DNA from: Selaginella moellendorffii
Taxonomy: Eukaryota; Plantae; Lycopodiophyta
Direction: 5' to 3'
Length of the DNA: 64,000 nucleotides
Assembly (NCBI RefSeq): GCF_000143415.4
Contig: NW_003314264.1
Span: 1,214,584 to 1,278,583, forward strand
A program made the translations under genes and the position numbers. Of this stretch, positions 36,087-50,112 are shown piece after piece; positions within the stretch are counted from its first letter, which is position 1, and the number at the start of each line of letters is the position of its first letter. The notes beneath the pieces were generated by a model, which worked only from the letters and a program-made list of their open reading frames with translations, made no database searches and had not been told where the DNA came from.

Positions 36087-38619
36087 ATGCCTTCGATCAC
36101 ACAGGCCCAGATGGTGGAATCTACGTGTGGATCTTTGCTGCGGGAGCTCCAGGTACGAGAGGGCTGTAGCGATGGATTCGTGATGGGTTTGTTCTTCTTG
36201 CAGCACATATGGGATGAGATTGGAGAGGATGACACAGAGCGGGATAGAATGCTAATGCAGCTGGAGCAAGAGTGTCTCGAGGTGTATAGGAGGAAAGTAG
36301 ATCAAGCCAGCCATGTCCGGGCAAAGCTCCGCCAAGCTCTAGCCGACTCCGAGGCCGAGCTCCAGACTCTTCACTCGGCTCTCGGAGAACATCCAACTTT
36401 CACTCGAGTGAGTCCTTCTGTGTTCTTTGGCAAAAGTGTGGTTTTGTTTTTCATTCTTTTGCTTTTTCCGCTGTTTCTTCGTGCTCGTGTGCTTATCTTG
36501 GAACTTTGCTCCCAGGGTGAGAAGAAAGCCTCTGGAACTTTGCGGGAGCAGGTTAAAGGAGTGGCTCCTCAGCTGGAGGAGCTGCGAGTGAAGAAGGACG
36601 AGCGGCTTAAGCACTTCAACGAAATCTCGTCGCAAATTCAGAAGATATCCGGCGAGATCGTTGGCTCCGCGACTTCCCAGCTCGCAAACGGAGACATTAA
36701 AGCGGAGTTTGAGGATTTGTCGCAGCGGAGGCTCGAGGAGTACCAAGCCCAGCTCCATGCACTCCAGAAAGAAAAGGTTGGCTAGCATTGGATTTCCAAA
36801 GAGCTTAACGAGAGTTTTTGCCTTTCACCGCAGAGCAACAGGCTTCACAAGGTTCTCGAGTACGTGAACAGCGTGCACGACCTCTGTGCCGAGCTGGGCC
36901 TCGAGTTCTTCAAGATCATCACCGAAGTTCACCCGAGTCTGGATGACTCCCACAGCGTGCAGTCGAGGAGCATCACCAACGAGACGCTGGATCGGCTGGC
37001 CAACACGATCCAGTCACTCGAGGAAGAAAAAAAGCGCCGGATCAAAAAGGTCTGGATTTCTTTGAAGTTCATGGAAGTGATCGTATGATCATCTTTTCTT
37101 TTGCTTCTAGCTGCAAGAACTTGGGACGAAGCTCGTGGATTTGTGGAATCTCATGGAGACACCAAAGGAAGAACAGCAGCTGTTTAGACACCTCACTTGC
37201 AACGTCGCGAGCTCCGAGTGTGTTCCTGGATCTCTTGCGTTTGACATAATCGAAGAGGTACTAGCGTAAACAATCTAGACAAGAACTTTCAACTCAAGAT
37301 CATCGTTTCTTCTCGTTTGTTCTTGTAATGATCTAGGCGGAGGTGGAAGTCGAGAGGCTGGAGCGTCTCAAAGCGAGCAAGATGAAAGAGCTGGTGATGA
37401 GAAAGAGGCTGGAGCTCGAGGAGATTTGCCGGCAGACTCATATGGAGCCGGATAACAGCACCTCGCAAGATAAAACCAATGCTCTCATCGATTCTGGTAG
37501 AGTATTTGTCTCGTTTTCTCTCTCTCGTTGCTTGATGAAGTTTCACGACAGGTATGGTGGATCCATCGGAGCTCTTGTCAAGGATAGAAGAACAGATTGC
37601 TTACGCGAAAGAAGACGCTGTTAGCCGGCGAGACATTCTTGACAAGATCGAGAGATGGATGGGAGCTTGCGAGGAGGAGAGCTGGCTGGATGACTACAAC
37701 AAGGTGTGTTCTTCTAGTCTCTATACTCCCAAGAGCTTGAAAAAGTTCACAATGTGGTTTTTCTAGGATCAAAATCGGTATGCTGGTGGTAGAGGCGCTC
37801 ATCTTAATCTCAAGCGTGCCGAGCGAGCTAGAGTCACCGTTACGAAGCTCCCTGGTAGAAAAAAAAACGTTTTTTTTTCGCTTGTTTGTGTTAAGTGCAT
37901 TGATCGATCTCGCTGCACAGCTCTTGTGGAGTCTTTGATTGCAAGGACGAGGTCTTGGGAGGAAGAAAGAAGCCAACTTTTCATGTACGACGGGGTAAGT
38001 TCTTCCAACTTCGAACTTTGTTTCCAAGCTTTCTGGAAATTTTCCATTCCTTCGCAACTCCTTGTTTCAATTTTTGTATAGATGCTTGCTCTAAAAGAAT
38101 GTTTTTTTTCTCTCTTTTTTGTTCCACAGGTGAGATTACTGGCAATGCTGGAAGAATACAACCTCTTGAGGCACGAAAGGGATGAAGAGAAGCGGCGAAT
38201 GAGGGTACGCAAAACTTTCTCGTCACCAGTGCTCTCCATTTGATCGCTCCCCATCGGTTCTCTTCCAGGATCAAAAGAAGCTCCAAGACCAACTTCTCAC
38301 CGAGCAAGAATCCATCTTCGGCTCCAAGCCCAGCAGCACGCCTCGAAGCAGCAGCATCAAAAAGGCCCAGCCCCGGAGCAATGGGATGATGAGTAGAAGG
38401 CTCTCCCTGGGCGGAGCTCTCCTCCAGCCCGTGAGCCCCGAGACCCCTCGCACAAATGGGCACCGGCTAAGCACTCCGGGAGGAAACAATCGCAGGGATT
38501 CCAGGCCTCTCGCCACTGTCCCTCTAAATTTTGTCGCGGTGAGCAAGGACGACAGCCACAGCTCTCATTCCTTCCCATCGGTTGCGAGCTCGGATCCCAA
38601 TTCCCCGCAGTCCAAGTAG
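36087..38619 (+). CDS. MAP65: 65-kDa microtubule-associated protein, multi-exon
   Basis: [88 protein letters not shown]. Confidence 0.96.
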
Positions 38620-38778
38620 ACCAGTTCCCCTGTTCTTCGTTCTTCTTGGTTTTAGGGTTTATCCTCTTGTCAGTTTTTAACTGCTTTCGGTGAAATCTCC
38701 ATCTCGCCGGACTCGAGCCTGGGACCAGTGAAACCCCTCCTTAGGGTTTATAAAGTTTTATTCTCTTCCTCGCGGGCG

Positions 38779-41262
<2,484 letters not shown>

Positions 41263-41289
41263 GCTAAAAGCAAAGCTCTATTGTTTTAG

Positions 41290-41621
41290 GTGGCTTTCTC
41301 CGTGGACGCAGCGACGAGGGTGGTGGCTATCGCGGCTGCCAAGTTCGGTCGCAATCTCCTCAACGAGAATCAAGTCATTGTCATCACGACATGGACACGG
41401 AAGCTGTTCGGGAGCACTACTTCAAGTTACGTGACATTCCAGATCACACAGCAAAAGCATGGATGGCTCGTGGCGGTAGTGGTGCGATGGTCACGGCACA
41501 CAAGGAGCTATACGCCTACGATCTACGTGCCGGTACTACCAGAGTTCTGAGGCCATTCGGTGGGGAGGATCTAGCCCCAGCAACCAGACTGTTGTACACT
41601 TTCGGCTTTCGAAGGCAGTGA
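41290..41621 (+). pseudogene. 3' fragment of a lineage-specific (probably F-box-associated) gene, duplicated at about 46085-46200 (direct) and 46560-46685 (inverted)
   Basis: Near-identical ttctccgtggacgcagcgacgagggtggtggctat... at 41295 and 46090; frameshifted ORFs. Confidence 0.6.
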
Positions 41622-41711
41622 TTGGGAATTGCGGTGTGTGATTGTGATTGTGTGCATGTGTGTGTGTGTGCTTGTGTACCTGTGTTGTGTGATAGAATGA
41701 ATATGCGGAAT

Positions 41712-42020
41712 TTCGTATGAGTCGTCCTTGTGTTGTTTAACACCCGATTCTCCCCTCAGGCGCAATCCCAATGCCGAATCCTCGCCTCCATCGCCAGCAC
41801 TCTTGGAAATCCTGGAAGGAACCTCGGTGCTGCTGGCGCTGCTGCTGAGAGAATGCAGGATCCTTGGCACCGCTTCTGAGAATCTGGACGGAGCAGCACA
41901 CCATCGCGCCCGCAATAAAACTTTATAAACCCTAAGGGAGGGGTTTCCGGGGTCCCAGGCTCGAATCCGGCGAGATGGATATTTCACCCAAAGCAGTTAA
42001 AACCGGACAAGAGGATAACG
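41712..42020 (-). pseudogene. Inverted chimeric copy of the LysRS 5' region (about 38655-39012) fused to a late LysRS exon piece (about 41004-41045)
   Basis: Minus translation SSSASSTEVPSRISKSAGDGGEDSALGLRLR|GESGVKQHKDDSYEI versus the intact gene SSSASTASSTEVSRISRISKNAGDAGEDSAL... and [15 protein letters not shown]. Confidence 0.85.
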
Positions 42021-42616
42021 GCCAAGATTGTCACGATAAATGGACATAAGCATAAGAAGCCAACGCTCCCTGCTTTACAAGAACCACCCAACACAATTAT
42101 TGTATATTGACATAGCACGCCAAAGAAAAGGCTCCCATCTTGGAAATTCAAATCTTCTTAACCCACAAGCCATCATCCTAGTCTGAGTGCTTGTTTTGGG
42201 GCTGGAGTAGTGTAGTATCTGGAGGAGTTGTGGTGTCACTTGACCATCTTCACTATGGTATTCTTCTAAGTTTCAAGTGTACCTTGATGAACTTCCTTAC
42301 CCTTTCAGCCTTTTCATGATTTTAAGGAACATCATCAGACAGCTGATTATATTGCATGGGTAGTGAAGGCTCTCCAGTATCTGAAGCTCAAAAACAAAGA
42401 CAAGTATCAAAAACATAAACCGAATGCCAACAACACCCAGAGGAGAGCTTCACTCTCTAGTACTCACATGCAGCTTGCTTCGCCATCTGCCTCGAATCTC
42501 TTCTCGACTGACTAACCTCTAGGAAGCGCTAGGCCAGGGAGAGAGGAAAGCAAAAGGGCCAAACCTTATTATGTGCAGAGCTTATTCTCGTTCCTTGTTC
42601 TCCTTCGCTGGCCTGC

Positions 42617-43762
42617 CTATATACACATGATGCTTTCCATGACCATCGAGGCCCCGCCCTCCGGTCTTGCGTTCTTCGGGAAGACTCTCCAACATTCCCA
42701 AGCACCATCTACGTAACAGTGCATGAACCTAGAGCCGGAGCTGAAGAAAAACCAGCCACTGTCGAGCTTGAGCACCTCCACTGGAAAGACTGTTCCAAAC
42801 CTCCGGCCTCTCTCAGCTTGCACTAGGTGGAGTGGCAGCCAGCACTCCCAGGCCTTGCTTGGTGCTCTTCATCTGGAAGATTTTGAAGTTGACGTGCTTG
42901 CCGCGCTCGTTGGTACACGACTGTAGATAGAAGACTCGGTTGCCATGGGAGCATATAACAGGGCTGTATGCGTCGGTGCCAGCGGGAAGTGGAAGTCGTC
43001 GCGCCTCTCCAGCCATCGTCAAGACCAGGAGAGAACGATCTTGGCGCTCCTCCCCTTCCAGATCGGTAGCAGCACTACGGCTCCATCGGGCTGGAGCACC
43101 GCTGCCTTGAAGTTCTGGGGATTGTCCGAAGAGTAGGCATATGCATGCGATGTCCATGCTCGTCGGCCCCCGTCGCCGTCGAACAGCCCGTGCATCTCGA
43201 CCAGCGTGATCGTTTGCGACCCGATTCCTACGACCGCCAGGACGATATCGGTGTCCCTCCCAACCCCCACCTCGAGCATCGACGCCAGCATGCAGTTCCC
43301 TCCGCGATTCACCTCCGGCGGCAGCGCGATGCCGAGCTCTTGATACGTCCCCAAGGCTGGCCGGAAGGCAGCGAGGCGGCCATTGTCAAGATCAACGAGG
43401 ACTGAGTGTGACCGCAGTGTTGGCCCGAACACAAAATCCTCCGGATCTCCTGGTTTCTGTGGCGCGGTGACGATCCACCTCCGCGGAACCCATGGATCGA
43501 GAAAGCAAATCTGTTGGCCTCTTGGTCGCCTGCGACTGTACAAGAAGAAAACAAGGAAGCCCCGCTTCGACTTTCACACCTGTAGCTTCCGATGAGAACA
43601 GGCAAAGTCTACTAGTGCCTTTGGGTGTCTAGCACGTTCCTTTCCAGATCCAAGTGCGGTCCAAAGTCGAAATTCTTGGTGCCTGCGCCCACTTGGTGAT
43701 CGACGAAGCGGAACATCGAATTCGAGGAGGAAATAAGGCAAATACTTGACTTCCTCAACCAC
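42617..43762 (-). pseudogene. Frameshifted lineage-specific gene of unknown function
   Basis: GC-rich coding-like overlapping minus ORFs 43762-43574, 43543-43019, 43157-42813 and 42823-42617 join only with an intron and about two frameshifts; no recognisable domain. Confidence 0.45.
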
Positions 43763-44699
43763 AGAAGGCGAGGTTACAATAGTTTATGCACTGCTCAACT
43801 TTTACTCGCAGGGATTAACAGGTGGAACACCTTGCAAAACTGTCGCTCAGAGACCCATTGGTTGCATCTAATCAGGTAATCAGTACGTTTGAGCTGCTGG
43901 AGCAAGGTTACTGTGTGGTGCCGCCCGAGATGCGGCCCTTGATTCTCACAACATTCCTGTTTAAAGAAAACGGGCTTCTCCAGCGCTCGAAATTTAAGAA
44001 CACACATTCCAGGTAATGGTCCTCTTCTCTTCGTGTAATTCGGTCAAGTTCCACTTGGAACCGTTTCGCCTCCTTCAGGAGCATTCACGGAAAGATGAAG
44101 CAGTCGAGGCGGACCAGTGCCTTTACGCAGTTTTGTGCTGGGCTCCTCGGTCTGGACATTCCTGCCGTGGTAAGCATTGCAAGAGAGGGATTGTGGCAAT
44201 GGTTTTCTGAGTTCTTTGTTGTGGATCATCCAGTATATATGACGCCTTTTGATCCCAAGGTTGGCCTGGTTTTTGCTGATGAAAGCTTGCCTTCTTTCTT
44301 CACACACCAAAATCCTAGTTCTTCTAGGTGTGAAAGTCTTAAACTTAGGCTCTTGGACGCAGCGTGCATGGGACGATTGCCTGGATCGGCTACTTCCGAT
44401 TTCCGCCAGGACGGCAGCGCAGCACTCGCGGATGCTCGGCTCGACGAGGACTACGAAGCGATCTATGACTGCCACCGTCGTGTGAGGGGATTGAGAGGAT
44501 GATCCGGACCACACTGGGGACGGATTACTTCCACACTTCCAGAGGCGAGAGCGAATCTGGCAAGAAATCTTGCTCCTGTCGCTGGACCTCTTTGACTTGT
44601 TGACTCTTTGACTTGAGATTTTGGCATGAGGTTGAATTAATCTCACCTTGTAGCCGCTATACGTGAAATGCTGCCTTCTTTTTCCCTCCCAAGGCCTCA

Positions 44700-44990
44700 A
44701 ACACTCCACAAGAGCTGTGCAGCAAGATCGATCAATGCACTTGTCACTAAGATGAGCGCTTCTACCACCAGGATACGGGTTTTGATCCTAGAAAGACCAC
44801 ATTGTGAAGTTTTTCAAGCAGTATATATAGAGACTAAAAGAAGAAGAACATACCTCGTTGTAGTCATCCCCTCGCAAGCTCCCATCCATGTCTCGATCCA
44901 TACTCGATCTTGTCAAGAAAATCTCGCTGACTAACAGCGTCTTCTTTGGTGTGAGCAATCTGTTCTTCTATCCTTGACAAGAGCTCACTT
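44700..44990 (-). pseudogene. Inverted, intron-containing fragment of the neighbouring MAP65 gene (source about 37570-37930)
   Basis: ctccacaagagctgtgcagcaagatcgatcaatgcactt, taagatgagcgcttctaccacca...gatcctagaaagaccacattgtgaa and aatctgttcttctatccttgacaagagctc are reverse complements of MAP65 exon and intron sequence. Confidence 0.88.
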
Positions 44991-45291
44991 GGCAGCGGAC
45001 GCCTTCAAGTCTTACCTGCGCTCGTATCAGGCGCACACGGCCGCCTTTGACATCCACAAACTAGACTTGCAGGTTAATTTGTTCCTTTTCTTACTCGTGC
45101 CAAGGCCTGGAACGAAAGTGTTGGTGTTTTGCAGGCTCTTGCCGCATCGTTTTGTCTCAAGTCGATCCCGCCTGGCTGCACCAGCATTCACAGCAATGCA
45201 GCCAAGCACAGGAAAAAGAGAAAGGGAGCAGGGCATGTGTTCAGTGCTGAAGATCCTTATGGGAAGAAACGGAGTAAACAGTGCAAGTGAG
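44990..45291 (+). pseudogene. C-terminal fragment of a HAS1/RH27/RH51-type DEAD-box helicase with one intron
   Basis: AADAFKSYLRSYQAHTAAFDIHKLDLQ|ALAASFCL...KHRKKRKGAGHVFSAEDPYGKK resembles the Has1-family C-terminal extension; no helicase core upstream. Confidence 0.7.
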
Positions 45292-45604
45292 AATGCGCTG
45301 GGTTCTCACGTTGTTATGCTGGACAATGGCTGGGCTGTCAAATGGCCGCATTTTATTTTCCTCATCTCCTTTTTCTTTGTCCAAGGGTGAAAAGTGAAAA
45401 TGCGCTGGGTTGTGACCAAACCTCAACTGAATTCAAACGATCAAAAGAGGTTGGGAGAGAGCCTAGAACCCTGTAGCAGGCATGCTTAAGTCCCGAGATC
45501 TTCTGAACCTGATTTGTTCCTAATGATCCGGCATTCTCCCTCACCCATACACACACCTGAGCCCCAAAATCCTGCCCCTACTGCGCACATATCTCTCCGG
45601 AATC

Positions 45605-46246
45605 GTGCTCCAGCAAGGCACATTCCTTGCATTGCCAGATCTGGCTGTGGATGAAGTGTTCGATTGTCTGGGATACAAGGATCATCTTTCCCAGATCGCG
45701 AGCACATCGAAGGAGCTGCAGTCGCTGGTGAAGAAGTACACTGCTCGCCGTCGAGCTATTGGTGTTTTCCTTCGGAGAGGCCACGGGCCATTTGGCGAGG
45801 ATGAAGACGAGCAGAGAACGATGCTCTGTTTGATGGAGCTGGAAGGAACTGGCGCGCTACATACTTGTCCAGCCAGGTGCCTCACGTTTCATTTGAATTT
45901 GTGACAGCCAGGGGAGTTCGAGGCCATTCTTGCAACATGTAATGGCTACATCCTGGCGAGGCTAGTGGGGACTGTGCCGGATACCGACAGGCTAGGCTTG
46001 CACCACTGCTTGGATGATTCCACAGTGGTGCTATGAAGGTGGACATGCCAATTGCGGATGTGGGAGTTTGTGTTTGGCGATACCGTCCCTTTCTCCGTGG
46101 ACGCAGCGACGAGGGTGGTGGCTATTGCGGCTGCCAAGTTCGGTCGCAATCTACTCAACAAGAATCAACTCATTGTCATCATGACATGGACACGAAGCAC
46201 TATGGGTGCTGTTTGGCGGATAAATGAGGTAAACAAAAAAAAATAG
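45605..46246 (+). pseudogene. F-box-like pseudogene
   Basis: FLALPDLAVDEVFDCLGYKDHLSQIASTSKELQSLV (F-box-like), followed by stops and frameshifts. Confidence 0.5.
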
Positions 46247-46914
46247 TTTCTATTTTACAATTTGGTATTAAAGATTTTTCCTTAGTTTTAGCGACAGATA
46301 AAGGTAGATCGCTAAGAGATGGCTAAAGCAAAGCATAAACAAACCAAGGCAAAGACTCCAGAGATGGAACTTCTGGTCGAAGAAAAAACTATGTATGAAA
46401 AAACATAACAAACTTATGGCAAAGGCATGGGCATTGAGATTGATAAAGTCAAATATTGATATATGAGAGAGAGAGAGAGATCCCAGCCATTAGTCCTATA
46501 TGAGAGAGCCACATGGAGGAATCCTAACCATTTTTCCGTTTTGTGGGAAGCTGCCTTCAATTACAAATTCCACATGTTCATTCTATCACACACACACACA
46601 CACACACACAAAGGCACACAATCATAATCACACAATCACTACCTTTCAAAGCTGAAAGTGTACAGCAGTCTTGTTGCTGAGATCCTTGGAAGAAATGCAT
46701 AATACAGCACCCCTCACTCTTATGTGGTTGCCCCTTTGCCACACTCACTCCTGGCTTCCTCTATGGCATGCTTAGTCACGCCCTAAATGTTTAACGACTA
46801 ACTCTAAATTAGTAACATTAAACTTTAATTAGTAGATGTTGTTAACGGATATGTTAACAACTATAATTTTATAATTAGCCAGTGAATGAATGGCTATAAT
46901 TTATAAGTATATAA

Positions 46915-47218
46915 CAAGTCTTTGGAGGAATTGAACGTGATTCAGATCGAATGTTTATGGTTCTGGTGGCCGATCGTACTGCACAAACTTTAATTGATAT
47001 ATTATATACATAAGATAAGTTCTATTTCTATTATTATTCTTAACTAATAATTATAAATAATTTTTTTAGGAACAATTATATACAGTTGGGCTGGTTATGA
47101 TTCAGAGTGGTTGAATCAATTGAACTTCATTTATTATACAATCAACCACTCCCAAAATTTTGTTGATCTTGTGACTGGAGTTCATACAAATCGTATTGAA
47201 TCAACATGGAATGCTTAA
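46915..47218 (+). mobile_element. Merlin (IS1016/IS1595-like) DDE transposase remnant
   Basis: QVFGGIERDSDRMFMVLVADRTAQTLIDIL (46915-47004), an AT-rich intron-like gap ending tttttttag at 47069, then GTIIYSWAGYDSEWLNQLNFIYYTINHSQNFVDLVTGVHTNRIESTW; matches the recalled Merlin consensus WVFGGIER...GT.I.SD.W.AY...TVNHS.NFVDP.TG.HTN.IES.W. Confidence 0.85.
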
Positions 47219-48129
47219 TCTTGGTTAAGCTTTGAGGATGGTGAACCTGGCATTTTCAAGTGAGTCTAGCCTTCTTGCAAGGATTCTTGAGAGATAGAGT
47301 CCTGTGTGTGGAGAGGCTCTAGGACCATTAGAGCTTCTCCTCATAAGAATTTAGAGTGCAATAGCTCACTTATTTCATTTTTTTCTTTTGAATTTGTAGA
47401 GTTTTCTTGCAAAACAAGCAAGATTGAGGGTTCTAGGATGGATAAGAGTTCATGCTAGTACGAATTTGGAGTGCAAGCTCACAGATCTAGAGTTCTTACT
47501 CATAAGTGTGAGTGGTTAGATCTAAAGAGATTATAATGGCAATCAAGAGAGAAGCTTTTGATATGAATATACTTTCGTGATTCATTTACACTTGATAGCT
47601 TTTTGTTCTGAAGGAGTTATCAAGCACCTTTTATAAGCACAATGTTATAAATGGGCAATGTCAAAACCCCTTCCAAGGTAAATGCCACACTCGTCCCCTG
47701 TCGAAGCACCTGGAAAACATACACAATTTAGTTTGGATGATCAGAGAATCACAGCATACCTCAATATAATTCTTGTAGTTGCATTTTCTGTCTGGGTTCC
47801 ATGAGGATTGTGAATGCACATGTACTTGTGTCTTCCAACCTACTTGAACCAGAAATTTTTGGTATATTCTTGAGCCAAGGGGGCTGGCGTGCATAGATTT
47901 TCCAGCGTTGTTGAGAACCAGAATTTGATGACCAACAAACATCCCAGGGTTTACAACATACACACATCTCTCATACACTAGAAAAGCATATACACTTCCT
48001 TGATCAATCACAGCATGAAAGAGTTCAACTATCTATATAGCCACAACATTTATGTAATTTTTATTTAAAATATTTTTTTCTCTCATTTTTTAAGCTTCTA
48101 TACATATTTTTATATACATATTTGGATAG

Positions 48130-48476
48130 AACTTTAACTCCATAATATTTATAAGCATAAGCTCTATTATTTTATTAGCTTTCACCTAATAATCTATTGA
48201 TCTGACGGCTGTAGTTGGTTGAACAGTGACGATTGTTTCCAAAGACCTAATGTTAGGGTTTTTACGGTGGCGAGAAAGCTATGGATGGCTCTTCATCTAG
48301 AAAGCATGGGCGAGAGCCGGATAAAGAGGGAGAGCAGGAGAAGATAAAGTGACTTAAAACAGGTGAGATTGTTCATGTGAAACATCGTCTACAGCTGGCA
48401 CATAAGGAAATTTCACGCCTTGGAATCAAATTGTGGGAAGCAAGGGAGGATGCCAAACTAAAGGAGTAGATAGCTA
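48130..48476 (+). pseudogene. Degenerate 5' fragment (promoter plus first about 65 codons) of a paralog of the CR gene at 60568
   Basis: aagctctattattttatta...ctaataatctattgatc(t/c)gacggctgt...gctatggatg(g/c)ctcttcatctagaaagc(a/g)tgggcgagagccggat aligns with about 60430-60753; contains in-frame stops. Confidence 0.88.
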
Positions 48477-48906
48477 GGAACACAGCCTATACACGAAGCT
48501 TGAGAAATGTTCCTTCAATCAGGAGTTTGTGGAGTTCCTTGGGTACATTGTCACTCCTGAGGGTATCACGATGGATCCTACCAAAGTCAAGACTATTCTC
48601 GAATGGGAGCCTTTACAATCAATGTCGGACATTCAGGTTTTCCTTGGCTTTGCCAACTTCTACCGCAAATTCATTGATCACTACTCCGACATTATCTTTC
48701 CTCTCACGCATCTCACTCACAAGGATGTTCCCTTCTCTTGGTCTGTTGCTGCCCAGCAAGCCTTCAACACATTCAAGGTGGCCTTCAGTTCTACTCCTGT
48801 CTTGATCCATGCTGATCCTTTACAACCTTTCTTCATCGTGGCAGACGCCTCCAACTTTGCCATCAGTGCTGTGTTGTCTCAACTTGGAGCGAATTAGGAA
48901 TTTCAT

Positions 48907-50053
48907 TGTAAGGAACCGACTCCTCGAGATGTCGTAGGCTAAAGGATCCCCAAAAGCTTGACCGAAATGACAAAGAGTTCATCGGATGGGACCAAGTCGA
49001 GGATCGAGTCCAAGACCGACTCTAGGACCGAGTTCGAGATAGAGTCCGGAATCGAGTCCGAGACCGACTCGGGGACCGAGTTCGAGACCGAGTTCGAGAC
49101 GGAGTCCGAGATCTGAAATCGGGTTCGAGACCGAGTCCGAGGTCGAGTCCGAGGTCGGGTCCGAGATCGGGTCCGAGATCGAGTCCGAAATTGAGTCCGA
49201 GACCGAATCCGAAGTCGGATCCGAAATCGGGTCCGAGATCGAGCTAGAGACTAAGTCCAAATACTAATACGGGTCAAGGGGTGAAAGCCCAAAGTGTGCG
49301 TCTCCCAGGGGGGGGGGGGGGGGGGGGGGGGGCTGCAGGGGGTTCCAAAAGTATAGTAGGGATAGTGAGGTCTAGGAACTAGTTTTGAAGGGACTCTCCA
49401 GTTGGGCTTCCAAACCGACTTGAGGTTGAGACTGGGACCGAGGGGCCTTGGGTGGGAGTGAGCATGGACTTGGCTGGTGCCGGAGGGGCCATCCAAGGAA
49501 GTGCTCAAGAGCAGCTCCCACTCCCGAAAGAGAAACCGACTGCGGTGCTCCCGGCTCAGGTGGAGTGGTGCCCCACTTGAGTACCTGGTCCTCGCCCTTC
49601 CGGGGGCTTGGGCCTTCCCTTCGGGATGGAAGAGGGGAAGAGGGGGGGTAGAGGTACCCATACCGGGCCGTTGGGCCACGGTGTTTCGCCCCGACGTCCC
49701 GAAGCAAGTGTTGCACTCAAGGCTTGGGATTTAGAGGGTCCCATGATCAAGTCTTGTGGTACCAAGGGGTGTTAGGAATCTGGAGGCTTGGTGTGCTTGG
49801 CTGCTTGTGCCTGCGGGGAGTGTAGCCGAACCTTAAGTCCAGTCTAACCCGGGGAGGGGGATTGGGAGAGATTTGGGAATCCGTGGATGGATGGCTAACA
49901 CTCCGTTGCTCGTGCAGTAAGTAGCTGAAACCAAGTAGGAGCTGGTACCATAGGCGAGAACCTTGGTGAGGGAACTTAGCACAAGCCAAGGCAGAGTTGG
50001 TCGGATAGGCGAGGTAAGCTGGCAAATTGGAAAGGAAAAATTTGTGGCTTACA
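48907..50053 (+). repeat. 5' LTR (1147 bp)
   Basis: tgtaaggaaccgac...gtggcttaca; contains a hexamer array (about 48985-49260) and a G25 run (49308-49332). Confidence 0.97.
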
Positions 50054-50056
50054 ATT

Positions 50057-50068
50057 TGGTATCGGAGC
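50057..50068 (+). promoter_or_regulatory. Primer-binding site for initiator tRNA-Met
   Basis: TGGTATCGGAGC, one transition from canonical TGGTATCAGAGC, 3 nt after the LTR end. Confidence 0.9.
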
Positions 50069-50112
50069 CTCTTCCTCAGTTCTAGCGAAGGATAGAGGCG
50101 GATTGCTGGGAG

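Noticed and set aside
43800-44710. Coding-like ORFs on both strands
   Set aside because: No recognisable domain or consistent exon chain; probably more pseudogene debris.
47661-48011. 116-aa minus-strand ORF near the Merlin remnant
   Set aside because: No motif recognised, opposite strand to the transposase, cannot be assigned.
48985-49260. Regular short repeats as a CRISPR-like array
   Set aside because: No unique spacers; it is a hexamer satellite inside a eukaryotic LTR.
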